Of a stretch of 52,733 bases of DNA, positions 19,609-29,135 are shown piece after piece. The stretch is from assembly GCA_046483305.1 (NCBI GenBank), contig JAWODM010000020.1, positions 1 through 52,733 on the forward strand, read 5' to 3'. Each line of letters opens with the position of its first letter. Positions within the stretch are counted from its first letter, which is position 1. Origin of the DNA: Candidatus Krumholzibacteriales bacterium (lineage in GTDB: Bacteria; Krumholzibacteriota; Krumholzibacteriia; Krumholzibacteriales; WJIX01). A program made the translations under genes and the position numbers. Below the pieces are notes generated by a model. That model worked only from the letters and a program-made list of their open reading frames with translations, ran no database searches and was not told the DNA's origin.

Positions 19609-20365
19609 AACTGAACTGAGGGTCCAGCGACCTTATTTCCTTAACAGCGCTTTTCAGCTTATCGCGCAGTCCCGGGGCCCCGCTGCTCCTGTATTCAGAG
19701 TAAATGTCAAGGAACCTGTCATGAAGCTGTTTCAGGTTCTTCTCCCTGTCTATATCAAGAACTGACCGCTCCAGATGGAATATCTCCCCGTCGCTCATAC
19801 TTTTCTGAAGGTTCAGGTACTGAATCTTCATCACAGACAGAACCCGCAGGTAGTCCTCCAGCCCGCCGGCCAGCTTCTCCAGTACGTCCGCCAGGGCGGT
19901 TTTTCTTCTTGATGCCTTGCAGAGGTGAGAAAATGCCAGCTTATAGTATATCTCGGCCCTTCCGATGTATGAGCGCCTGGATAGTTTCATGTGGGGGGCC
20001 GAACCGGGCCTTCTCATCCCGGGATTATCGAAAAGCCCTATCGACAGCAGCAGGAAATCCGCGTTGGTCCGGTAGTAGAGGTATTTCTCCCTGCTGCTTT
20101 CCACGCTCCCGAGACGTTCATTCAGCGAAATATCGTAGGGGATCACATATTTTTTCACCTGGCCGTGATATTCCGGGCTGGACAACGATGTGAGAAGGTT
20201 TGCGATGTACATATTTACATCCTCGTCGTAGATACAGGTATTGGTGGGGTAGTTGCCGTCCATCCTGCTGTACAGGAAGTGGTTCATCATGTAGAAGGAA
20301 GTTTTATGTTTTTCAGAGATATTACAGCCGCGCTGAATCTCTGTGTATAATGCGGACTCATTCAT
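19595..20365 (-). CDS. Conserved hypothetical alpha-helical protein
   Basis: Start reassigned to ATG 20365 (RBS GGAG) downstream of a sigma54 promoter; 256 aa. Confidence 0.7.
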   Translation of the reverse strand: MNESALYTEIQRGCNISEKHKTSFYMMNHFLYSRMDGNYPTNTCIYDEDVNMYIANLLTSLSSPEYHGQVKKYVIPYDISLNERLGSVESSREKYLYYRTNADFLLLSIGLFDNPGMRRPGSAPHMKLSRRSYIGRAEIYYKLAFSHLCKASRRKTALADVLEKLAGGLEDYLRVLSVMKIQYLNLQKSMSDGEIFHLERSVLDIDREKNLKQLHDRFLDIYSEYRSSGAPGLRDKLKSAVKEIRSLDPQFSFRID

Positions 20366-20422
20366 TCTGTAAGCTCCGTTGCTTATATCTGTAGATGTCT
20401 TTCTGTTGCGCCCGGTTAAATT

Positions 20423-20438
20423 TGCAAGCATTGTGCCA
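20423..20438 (-). promoter_or_regulatory. sigma54 (-24/-12) promoter
   Basis: Minus strand TGGCAC-AATGC-TTGCA, a perfect RpoN consensus. Confidence 0.8.
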
Positions 20439-20608
20439 CGGGGCTGAGAAGAAGCATGATTAAGACGGGGCCTGGTCCCCTGGCAGTTCTCCAAGTAGCC
20501 TCTGCAGGCAGAGATGAACAACTCCCCAACAAACGGTTGATTGATGAAAAATCTTGTGATACCATACTGAATCATTACTCGATTATCATTGCCGGAAGGA
20601 GATTTGAG

Positions 20609-21406
20609 ATGAAGATCGGATTTCTGCAGATGCGGGTGAAATTCGGTGATATCAAGCTGAACGTCAAGAAAGCCCTCGGCCTGCTGGAGAGGGTAAATGA
20701 CGCAGTTATCGTTCTGCCGGAGCTGTTCAATACCGGGTATATCTTCAGGAACAAGGAGGAGCTGTATTCTCTCTCCGAGAAGGTGCCGGGGGGTTATACC
20801 ACCAAGCAGATGAAGAAGATAGCAAAGAAGAACAACCTCGACCTGGTCTTCGGGCTGGCCCAGAAAGTGGGGGAAAAGGTTTACAACTCAGCCGTATATG
20901 TTTCTCCGAAGGGAAAAGTGGACAGCTACCGCAAGGTTCACCTCTTCGACCGGGAAAAGCTGCTGTTTGAACACGGCAGGTCGTTCAAGACCAAATCGAT
21001 AAAGGGCGCCAAGCTGGGGTTCATGGTATGCTTTGACTGGATGTTCCCCGAAGCCTGCAGGTCCCTGGCTCTGAAAGGCGCGCAGGTAATATGCCATCCA
21101 AGCAACCTGATCCTTCCCTGGGGGCAGGACGCCATGAAGCTCAGGTGCCTTGAAAACAGGGTGTTCGCTATTACCGCCAACCGTATTGGGGTGGAAAGAA
21201 GGGGAACCGTCAGGCTGGAATTTACCGGCAACAGCCAGGTGGTAAGCCCGGACGGAGAGGTCCTGCTCTCGGTGGGCGACAGGAGCGAATCGCTCAAGGT
21301 GATCGATGTGGATATCTCCGAGGCGGATGACAAGGATATCAATGCCAACAACAACGTGATAGAGGACAGATTTCCATCTTACTATTCGCTGCTGACCAGG
21401 AAATAG
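20609..21406 (+). CDS. Carbon-nitrogen hydrolase (nitrilase family)
   Basis: LPELF, YRKVHLF, CFDW catalytic triad; start ATG 20609 after AAGGAG. Confidence 0.92.
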   Translation: MKIGFLQMRVKFGDIKLNVKKALGLLERVNDAVIVLPELFNTGYIFRNKEELYSLSEKVPGGYTTKQMKKIAKKNNLDLVFGLAQKVGEKVYNSAVYVSPKGKVDSYRKVHLFDREKLLFEHGRSFKTKSIKGAKLGFMVCFDWMFPEACRSLALKGAQVICHPSNLILPWGQDAMKLRCLENRVFAITANRIGVERRGTVRLEFTGNSQVVSPDGEVLLSVGDRSESLKVIDVDISEADDKDINANNNVIEDRFPSYYSLLTRK

Positions 21407-21594
21407 GAGCCGCCCTTTCACCGCTTCCGCGCCGTTTTGAACTTCTGCCGATCTGAGGCAGCCCTGAAAGCTGTTTTCTCCATTATATTACCTGTTTTGC
21501 AAAACGCACTGAATATGCCGTTATTACTTCTATTTGATCCCCCTGATTCCTCTCTATTTCCCCTGATTTACCGTAATATAGCTACTTTTTTCCT

Positions 21595-21610
21595 TGGCAC
21601 AAACCTTGCG
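21595..21610 (+). promoter_or_regulatory. sigma54 (-24/-12) promoter
   Basis: TGGCAC-AAACC-TTGCG, 85 bp upstream of the MCP-like gene. Confidence 0.75.
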
Positions 21611-21694
21611 AAATTATTCAGGTGAAAAAACAGACCAACGAAAAGTTGTCGGCAGATTCTATATGTGCAGACCGTTTTTTATTATGAGGAGTTA

Positions 21695-23611
21695 ATGATG
21701 AGAAGGGATCGAAAGCCTGTATTAACCTCGCCGTGGAAAATTGGAGTTCTGGTAGCTTTACTGATTCTAGTGACTAACTCGGCCGTGGCTTACTATATGG
21801 TGAGTAAATACGGCATCGAATTCAACTGGCTGGAAAGAGGCAGCGGGCTGTGGGGAATAGATTCGTACGGATTCTTCAGGGAGATGTATCCCCTTGCCGC
21901 ATCAGTGCTGATATGCTCGCTGGTGGCGTATTTTGCGATAGCATCGGCGGTGAGAAGGTACCGGTATTATATAGATTCCGGTCAGGACTACCGGAAAATG
22001 ATATCACTCGCCGACAGCATAGACGATCTTACCAATCCCTCCCAGATAGCCAGTCTCTCCGACTATCCGGAGTTCCAGGCGATATTGAGGAATTACGGCG
22101 ACCAGATAAGGGAAATTTCGAATCAGATAAACGAGAATTATGAAATGCTGGATAATACAGAGCTGGAAAAAGAGATGGAAGCGCTTCTGGAGGGCAAACC
22201 GGTGCTGGAGTCGGTGACCGGTGACCGGTGGTGGAAGGAGAGCATAAAAGAGCTCTCCGAGAGGCTTGAAAACAGCTCCGGCGATGCGGAAAGTGTCAGA
22301 ACAGAAAACGAAGATAACAGACGGCTGATAGGAAGCGCCATACTCTCATTCGGAAGGATCACCGAATGGATAGAGGAAGCGCGGCGCAACCTCTCCCGGA
22401 TCAGGGGGCTGGTTGACCAGTACAGCGGTTCGGAATCTTCCGCCGATATGCCCGGGCAGCAGGGCCAGATGGGGGCGAACCAGGAGGTCAGAAAAGCGCT
22501 TGGCGAGATCAGCAGTTCTCTCAGCAGACTGGGCGAGGGCGGAGCAGCCATGAACGACTTCTCCGAAACAACCAACGGGTTGGCGCTTAATATAGCTCTG
22601 CTGGCGGCCAGAGGCGACGCCGGTGAGAAGGACCTGACCGATTTTGCGGAGAAGGCCAGGAGCACCTCGGAGAAGTTCAAGAAACTCAGCTCTGCGATCC
22701 AGTCTCTGGTTGGGAAACTCCAGAACGATTTCAGCACGGTAAGAGCGTGGGCGGAAAAACAGTCCGGACAGACAGCCGCCCCGCAGAAAGACAGTTCCGG
22801 CCTGCAGTCCAGGCTGGAAGAATCTATTGCGGTCATGAACAAGAACCTGGAGAATCTGGCCTCGGATGCCAACCTGGTCGACCAGCTGCTCAGAAAGGAA
22901 TCAGAGCAGGGTGGTTTGGGTGATCAGAGCGCGCCGGTTGCAGCCGGCCAGAGTGCAGAGATGGCTTCAGGCAATGAAGAGGCGGAATCGGAGGAACTGG
23001 AGATTCTCAGAAGCGATCAGTTTGTGAAAGGCGGCGATGAAGAATGGGGCCAGGCCGATTCCAGTGAAGAAACAGGGGAAGAGCAGACCCTGGTAGAACA
23101 GGATAGCGATATGAACACCGCAGGAGAAGAGCCTTCCGGAGAGATAGACTCCACTGATGCCTCAGCCGGGTTTGAATCCGGGGCCGACAATATAGAAGTG
23201 GAAGAGCCGGAACCGTCAGCCATGGACGGACAGGAGGCGGACGACCAGATGTGGGCCTCTCTTAATATAAGCGGGGAAACCGGTGAAGAGAAAAGTGAGG
23301 AAACAGGGATTGATTTCAGCGATAAGCAGGAGCCGGAAGCTGAAGATCAGCCCGCTCCCGAAGAAGGGGCGGAGGAAATTGAAGCCGAAGATACTCCGCT
23401 GCAGGATGGCTCTTACCAGATAGATCCGGAGTCTGTAACCGGGGTTGAAGCGGCTTACAGCGAGTTCATGGACCGCTCTGTCAACAAGCAGGAGCAGGCC
23501 GGAGTGGATGACCAGGCCGGGCAGAAGCTGGAAGAGGATGACGACGATCCAGTAATAGATCTTTACGACCTCGGAGCGGTGGAGCTTACCGGGGCCGACA
23601 TTACTCAATGA
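21695..23611 (+). CDS. Degenerate methyl-accepting chemoreceptor-like membrane protein with a long acidic tail
   Basis: Two N-terminal TM segments; FSETTNGLALNIALLAARGDAGEK resembles the MCP tip [17 protein letters not shown]; about 230 aa E/D-rich C-terminus. Confidence 0.75.
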   Translation: MMRRDRKPVLTSPWKIGVLVALLILVTNSAVAYYMVSKYGIEFNWLERGSGLWGIDSYGFFREMYPLAASVLICSLVAYFAIASAVRRYRYYIDSGQDYRKMISLADSIDDLTNPSQIASLSDYPEFQAILRNYGDQIREISNQINENYEMLDNTELEKEMEALLEGKPVLESVTGDRWWKESIKELSERLENSSGDAESVRTENEDNRRLIGSAILSFGRITEWIEEARRNLSRIRGLVDQYSGSESSADMPGQQGQMGANQEVRKALGEISSSLSRLGEGGAAMNDFSETTNGLALNIALLAARGDAGEKDLTDFAEKARSTSEKFKKLSSAIQSLVGKLQNDFSTVRAWAEKQSGQTAAPQKDSSGLQSRLEESIAVMNKNLENLASDANLVDQLLRKESEQGGLGDQSAPVAAGQSAEMASGNEEAESEELEILRSDQFVKGGDEEWGQADSSEETGEEQTLVEQDSDMNTAGEEPSGEIDSTDASAGFESGADNIEVEEPEPSAMDGQEADDQMWASLNISGETGEEKSEETGIDFSDKQEPEAEDQPAPEEGAEEIEAEDTPLQDGSYQIDPESVTGVEAAYSEFMDRSVNKQEQAGVDDQAGQKLEEDDDDPVIDLYDLGAVELTGADITQ

Positions 23612-23619
23612 GGTAGCAG

Positions 23620-25164
23620 GTGCCAGAATTGAAAGACGAAAATAAGCAGATGTTCCGGGAACAGGTGGATGACCATGTCAAGAAGCTGGTCAGTATGCTG
23701 GAGCACTCTTCAGGAGAGAATGTAGACGGGGGTGTTATCGACCGGATCTGCCTTGCCACCCGCCTTCTCGAAGGGAGCGCCGCCATGCTGCAGCTTTCAA
23801 GCTGGAGCGAAATGCTGACCCTTTTCCGCGAAATGATCGAGAAATCCGGGGGAAGGACTCTTGACGAGAACCTTTCACAGGTGATTTCTGAGATAATAGA
23901 GGCTGAGGAAACCATTATCAATAAGGTTGAAAGCGGAGGGATTGAATCCTGCAACGATTCTGATCTCTTTGAAGGGATAAGGGATGAAATACTGTTTCTG
24001 ACCAGTGAATACGATGCGTCCATGCCCCAGGAAAAGAGCGGTTCCGGTGTTCAAGTGGTCTATTTCAAGGAAAAAGGCGACGATAACGGTTTCGAGATAA
24101 TAAACTCTATGGTGGATGTGCTGGATAAAATAAACCAGGAGCTGATCCTGCGCAAGGATAATAGAGATAAAGGTAATAATAACGACCTGAACAACCTCTG
24201 GGGAGAGGGCAGATTCTATATGGATATAGTGGATGGTATAGTAAAGCGGGTGGCCGGCCCCGGGGGAGAAAACAGTTCTCCGGTATCCAGCCAGGTTCTG
24301 CTCAATACTATAGACGAGATTGTCGATATTTACAGTAAGATGAAGGGCTGGAGCCTGGAATTCCATATCAGGTCTGACGATTTCAGCATGGACAGTGATA
24401 TCGGGGCTGATCTGTTTTCAGTAATAGAAAAGTGCATCTTCGATATAAATGAACTTTCCCTGAAGAACGGCGATCAGGACCTGGATCTGGAGCTGGTTAT
24501 CAGTAACAAAGGCTCTTATCTGGAAACTGCGGTAAGTGATAACTACAGAAGCAATTCGGTTATTGATAATGTGGATATCGCGGCTTATTACCCTGGCCTG
24601 ATATCTATAAGGAATATTCTCAGAAAATGGCAGGGGCTCCTGTGGGTGGACCGGTCTCTGAAAGAGGGCGAAAGGTTCAGGTTTACTATGCCGGCCGGCA
24701 GAGAGAAAACCGATTACCGGGTAATCTCCGCGGGTGGTACCGAGGTGGCGGTTCTTTCCCGCTGCATCGAGACAGTTACAGAGTTCCACGAAAAAAAGGT
24801 CACTATGGAAAATAATCGATATTACTTTGATTCCCTTAGTGGCAAAGTCCCGGTGTTCAGTATTGATGAACTGGCAAGTGATGAACTGAACGCTGATTAC
24901 GATTTTAATTATATGCTGGTTTTCGGCATAGCTGAAGAGCGGGTTGCGGTACTGTGCGAGAACGAAGGTTACCGGATAGAAACAGTTCCGGAACAGTCCG
25001 TGGAAGAGAGTCAGCTGTCGATTTCAGAAATTTCTCTGCAGATCGGGGAAAACTCCTTTCCGGTGCTGGACACCGCGATGATCCTGGAGAACCTTGATAG
25101 CATGCAGGAAAAAAGTCTTTCGTACGCCGCTCCGGTATCTTCCGATGATACCGGGATAGCGTAG
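23620..25164 (+). CDS. CheA-like protein with degenerate Hpt/HATPase and a CheW-like domain
   Basis: ICLATRLLEGSAAML versus consensus IFRxAHTLKGSAxxL; VSDN, PGL..IRNI and RFRFTMP are HATPase remnants; C-terminal CheW-like region. Confidence 0.7.
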   Translation: MPELKDENKQMFREQVDDHVKKLVSMLEHSSGENVDGGVIDRICLATRLLEGSAAMLQLSSWSEMLTLFREMIEKSGGRTLDENLSQVISEIIEAEETIINKVESGGIESCNDSDLFEGIRDEILFLTSEYDASMPQEKSGSGVQVVYFKEKGDDNGFEIINSMVDVLDKINQELILRKDNRDKGNNNDLNNLWGEGRFYMDIVDGIVKRVAGPGGENSSPVSSQVLLNTIDEIVDIYSKMKGWSLEFHIRSDDFSMDSDIGADLFSVIEKCIFDINELSLKNGDQDLDLELVISNKGSYLETAVSDNYRSNSVIDNVDIAAYYPGLISIRNILRKWQGLLWVDRSLKEGERFRFTMPAGREKTDYRVISAGGTEVAVLSRCIETVTEFHEKKVTMENNRYYFDSLSGKVPVFSIDELASDELNADYDFNYMLVFGIAEERVAVLCENEGYRIETVPEQSVEESQLSISEISLQIGENSFPVLDTAMILENLDSMQEKSLSYAAPVSSDDTGIA

Positions 25165-25217
25165 GAAATAAATTGGTTGTGTTGCCGTGTGCGTGGTATT
25201 AAAACAGTGAGGTTGTC

Positions 25218-25451
25218 ATGACAGAACATCACGATAACGAGTACAGAAACATCATTATAGGAGGGCATGACGACAGAAACGAAGTAATGACTTCTATTGA
25301 GGCGGCTGAGTATCTTAAGATGCACGTTAAGACAGTCTGCCGTTTGGCCAAAGAGAAGAAGATACCCGCCAAGAAAGTGGGAAGCGAGTGGCGTTTCCTC
25401 CGGAGCGTGCTGGACAAGTGGCTGGCGCAGGAGGAAGTGGTGAGTTCCTGA
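25218..25451 (+). CDS. Excisionase-family helix-turn-helix DNA-binding protein
   Basis: MTSIEAAEYLKMHVKTVCRLAKEKKIPAKKVGSEWRF. Confidence 0.88.
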   Translation: MTEHHDNEYRNIIIGGHDDRNEVMTSIEAAEYLKMHVKTVCRLAKEKKIPAKKVGSEWRFLRSVLDKWLAQEEVVSS

Positions 25452-25471
25452 GCGGGCTTGAGGGGATAAAG

Positions 25472-27283
25472 ATGGGGAAAGCACAATTTGAGAGAATAAA
25501 GATTGATCAACCGGATACCGCTCTTTTCAGAATCTCCGGAAGACTGGGGTTTCACGAGAACGGAAAAGTTCAGCAGCTGGTGGAAGAATGTCTCAAGAGG
25601 AAATTCAAGAAGGTTATCTTCGATTTTCTCAATCTTTCATCGCTGGGCGGAGGAGTCGCGAAGATCTTCCGGGATTTCGTAATTGAGTGTAAGAGGGAAG
25701 GGGGGCTGGTCTTATTCGTAGTGAATAACGAAGTCGTGCTGGATTTTCTCGTCAGCGATGATTTTGAAATAAATATATTATCTTCGGTGGAGGAAGCTCT
25801 GTATAAGAAGGTATCAGATTCGGGGATTGAAGAAGGTACGGTGAGTTCCGGGGCTGAGAAGCGGGAGGATGAGCCGGATGCTTCCACTGCGGAGAACGGC
25901 GCGATAATAATGGGGCACACCTTCGAATCGGAGAAACCGGAAGAGTCCGGGCAGGAGCCCGACCTTGCCGTTTCGGAGAGTGATCATAAGCGGGAACAGA
26001 GTCAGGATAACCGGGCTGACCCCGCTGCTGACAAAGAACCGGAATCCGAAGGGGAGCAGAAAAGCGAAGAAATTATCAGCGAGATTTTCAATGAGGACGG
26101 CAGGATTAAGACGCCGGAGTGGATACATACCCCCAGATCGCCATTCGGCCGGAAGAACGAGGGGGTGGAACCTCGGCAGGGGAGCGATATCAACAGGCAG
26201 TTGAAACGCAGAGTGCTTGAACTGGAAACCCTCTTTTCAATAAGTTCTGATTTTAATTCAATTTATGATAAGAAGAAATTCCTGGACATATTCCTTCTAA
26301 CCGCCATAGCCCAGGGGGGTATAGAGTCGGCGCTATTTCTTGAACGTAAGGATGGCCGGCTCAAGCCTATGGTCTGCAAGGGTATCAGCCGCAGGGAAGT
26401 CCTGGATTTCAGCCTGGACCTTGATTCGCTGCCTGATTCCGTCCTGAAAGAATCTATACAGGAGATAGATTCTCTGGGAAAAGAGGATGATATAGGCCCT
26501 CTGCTGGAAAATGATTTCAAGTTCTTCTATCCGTTTGTTATGGACGGCAGGCTGATAGGCATTTTCGTGATTGGCAAGAGGATCTCCGGACGAAAGATGG
26601 AGACGGAGGATTTCGAATTTCTGAATATTCTTGCCAATGTAGCCCAGGGAGCTTACAGGAATGTGGTAATGCTTGAAGAGGAACATGAAAGAACCCTGGG
26701 AATCGTTAAGACCCTCATCTCCATGATCGAAGAAAACACCCTGCTCAAGGGCACTTCGGAATTCGTATCCCGTTACGTAGGGATAGTGGCGAAGAAAATG
26801 AATTATCCTCAGGAATATTTCAAGGAACTGATATACGGCACAGTGCTCCGTGATATGGGAATGATCAAGATCAGCGATCTTATAATAAAAAGCCCCCGGG
26901 AACTGACCAAGGAAGAGTGGGATATAGTAAAAAGGCACCCGGATGACGGCGCAAAGATGCTGGAAAGAATGAAGTTCAGTAATAAAGTTGTAGAGATAGT
27001 AAGATGTCACCACGAGAGATTCAACGGTGAGGGATACCCCAGAGGTTTGAGGGGCAAGGAGATACCGCTGGGTTCACGGATTATATCGGTGGTGGAGAGT
27101 TATTCGGCAATGATTCATGACCGTCCCGCCCGGATGGCCCTGTCAGAGCGAGAAGCCCTTGATACCCTGAAGGAGAATTACGGGCTCAGATACGATATGG
27201 AAGTTATCCGGTGCTTCGTAACTGTAATGGAAAAAGAGATAGCAAAATCTATAAAGCCGGCGGCAACTGTATCAGAGGTGTAA
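25472..27283 (+). CDS. STAS-GAF-HD-GYP protein, HD site degenerate
   Basis: N-terminal STAS-like (ISGRL, VIFDFLNLSSLGGG), acidic linker, GAF-like region, HHERFNGEGYP; LRDMG replaces LHDIG. Start ATG 25472. Confidence 0.82.
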   Translation: MGKAQFERIKIDQPDTALFRISGRLGFHENGKVQQLVEECLKRKFKKVIFDFLNLSSLGGGVAKIFRDFVIECKREGGLVLFVVNNEVVLDFLVSDDFEINILSSVEEALYKKVSDSGIEEGTVSSGAEKREDEPDASTAENGAIIMGHTFESEKPEESGQEPDLAVSESDHKREQSQDNRADPAADKEPESEGEQKSEEIISEIFNEDGRIKTPEWIHTPRSPFGRKNEGVEPRQGSDINRQLKRRVLELETLFSISSDFNSIYDKKKFLDIFLLTAIAQGGIESALFLERKDGRLKPMVCKGISRREVLDFSLDLDSLPDSVLKESIQEIDSLGKEDDIGPLLENDFKFFYPFVMDGRLIGIFVIGKRISGRKMETEDFEFLNILANVAQGAYRNVVMLEEEHERTLGIVKTLISMIEENTLLKGTSEFVSRYVGIVAKKMNYPQEYFKELIYGTVLRDMGMIKISDLIIKSPRELTKEEWDIVKRHPDDGAKMLERMKFSNKVVEIVRCHHERFNGEGYPRGLRGKEIPLGSRIISVVESYSAMIHDRPARMALSEREALDTLKENYGLRYDMEVIRCFVTVMEKEIAKSIKPAATVSEV

Positions 27284-27286
27284 ACT

Positions 27287-28798
27287 TTGGCTGGGAATAT
27301 ACTGGTTGCGGACAACGATCCCAATATAGTTGAGATCATCACTGAGTCTCTTCGTTCCGAAGGTTATAATATAGAATCAGCTTCGGACGGAGAAGAGGCG
27401 ATGTCCAAGTTCAGGGATTTTGATCCCGACCTGGTGATTCTGGATACCGTGCTCCCGGTCATCGACGGGTTGCAGGTGTGCGAAAATATCAGGGTGAGGC
27501 CGGGAAAGAGAGAGGTGCCCATTATCATAATGTCGGGAGGCCTCTCCAGTGACGCGGTTTCGGAAGGATTCAAGCATGGCGCCAGCGATGTTATCAGGAA
27601 GCCGTTTTCCATAGATGAAATAGTTGCCAGGGCGAACAACTTCCTGCTTCAGCCTGAAGACAGGGATAGAGCCGGAGAGGAGGAAGAAAAGCAGGGTTAT
27701 GAATATTTCAAGAGGGAATTCAAACGCAAGGTCGTGAATCTGAGGACCCTGTTTGACCTCAGCCAGGATTTTAACAGGATCAAGGATCCGGATGAACTGG
27801 TACATATTCTCTGCCTGACCCTGCTCGGCCAGCTCGGTATCGGTGCGGTAGCCATATTCAGGCTTAAGAAAAACGACTACAATCTGCTGGAATATGCCGG
27901 AGGAATGGGGATCGAAGCCAATGTTCTGAAGGCGGTGAATTTCTCCAGAAAAAGCGGATTGATAAGGCATGTCTCCAAACTTGATAATTTCATTGAACTG
28001 GATGCCGGCAGTATCCCCGGTTCCGGAAAGAAGGAAGCACAGTTCCTGCTGAACCTGGATCTTAAGTACTGCTTCCCCTTGATAATTAAAGAGAATCTGA
28101 TAGGGATCATCCTGGCCGGTAAGAAGATCAACCAGAGGGAGTATTCTGTAAACGATCTTGAGATGTTCCGGCTTCTATGCCATTCGGCGGCCAACGCCCT
28201 GGAGAACGCCAGGTTGTATACCGAGCTCCAGAATACTTACCTTTCCACAATCAGGGTTCTGGTTTCCACAATCGAGGCTAAGGACCCCTATACCTCCGGG
28301 CATACCGACAGGGTAGCCAATTACTCTTCGGCACTGGCCCATAAAATGGGGATGGATAAGAAGGAGGTAGAGACCATAGAGTTCGGAGCGGCCCTTCATG
28401 ATATAGGCAAACTGGGAGTGTATGAAAATATACTCAACAAATCGGGAGCCCTGACCGAGAAGGAATGGATAATCGTGAGAAGCCACCCGGAGATTGGTGC
28501 AAATATTATCAAGGATATGAGCTTTCTCAAGAAGGCCAGCGATCTGGTCAGGCATCACCATGAGAGACTGGACGGCAGCGGCTACCCGGACGGGCTCAAA
28601 GGTGATGAGATATCGGTAGGGGCGAAAATAATCTCCATTGCGGACAGTTTCGATGCCATGACCAGCAACCGGCCGTACCGCAAACCTCTCTCCTACCAGG
28701 AGGCGATTGAGCAGCTTCGTATGCAGCCTCATAAATTCGACCCTGATATAGTGGAAATCTTCGCCGAAATTATTGCGGACAGGTCCAGGACTACCTGA
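27287..28798 (+). CDS. REC-GAF-HD-GYP cyclic dinucleotide phosphodiesterase
   Basis: Receiver (ILVADND, ILD, KPF); GHTDRV, LHDIGK, HHERLDGSGYP and ADSFDAMTSNRPYR are all intact. Confidence 0.92.
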   Translation: MAGNILVADNDPNIVEIITESLRSEGYNIESASDGEEAMSKFRDFDPDLVILDTVLPVIDGLQVCENIRVRPGKREVPIIIMSGGLSSDAVSEGFKHGASDVIRKPFSIDEIVARANNFLLQPEDRDRAGEEEEKQGYEYFKREFKRKVVNLRTLFDLSQDFNRIKDPDELVHILCLTLLGQLGIGAVAIFRLKKNDYNLLEYAGGMGIEANVLKAVNFSRKSGLIRHVSKLDNFIELDAGSIPGSGKKEAQFLLNLDLKYCFPLIIKENLIGIILAGKKINQREYSVNDLEMFRLLCHSAANALENARLYTELQNTYLSTIRVLVSTIEAKDPYTSGHTDRVANYSSALAHKMGMDKKEVETIEFGAALHDIGKLGVYENILNKSGALTEKEWIIVRSHPEIGANIIKDMSFLKKASDLVRHHHERLDGSGYPDGLKGDEISVGAKIISIADSFDAMTSNRPYRKPLSYQEAIEQLRMQPHKFDPDIVEIFAEIIADRSRTT

Positions 28799-29043
28799 TG
28801 AACTGATTGTAAACTATCTTTACGCTGATGCCCGGCGTATCTTAATCCCTTTATTTTGAAGAATATTCAATAGCCAGGGCCTCTGGCCGGTGTAAATACG
28901 GTTTATGGGCAGGCAGGGCCGGGAGGCGGGCCAGCAAAAGGCATGGCAAAGACAAGTTATAATTATATAAAGAGTTACCAGTTATATTATTATTTGGATA
29001 ATACCGGCATCCATATTGCGGTACAGGGAGGGTGATCAAACAT

Positions 29044-29108
29044 TTTGGAGTGTCAACCCGGTGATGTGAGGACGAAGGCGGAAGTCGGGGCGGGTTTGTC
29101 ACTCCAAA
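29044..29108. repeat. Imperfect inverted repeat between convergent genes
   Basis: TTTGGAGTGTCAACCCG ... CGGGTTTGTCACTCCAAA with a 30-nt spacer. Confidence 0.65.
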
Positions 29109-29135
29109 TTATCATTGAGCGGTCATTGCTATGGT

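Noticed and set aside
25218..25451. Prophage or ICE excisionase
   Set aside because: No integrase or att context; the gene is embedded in a signalling operon.
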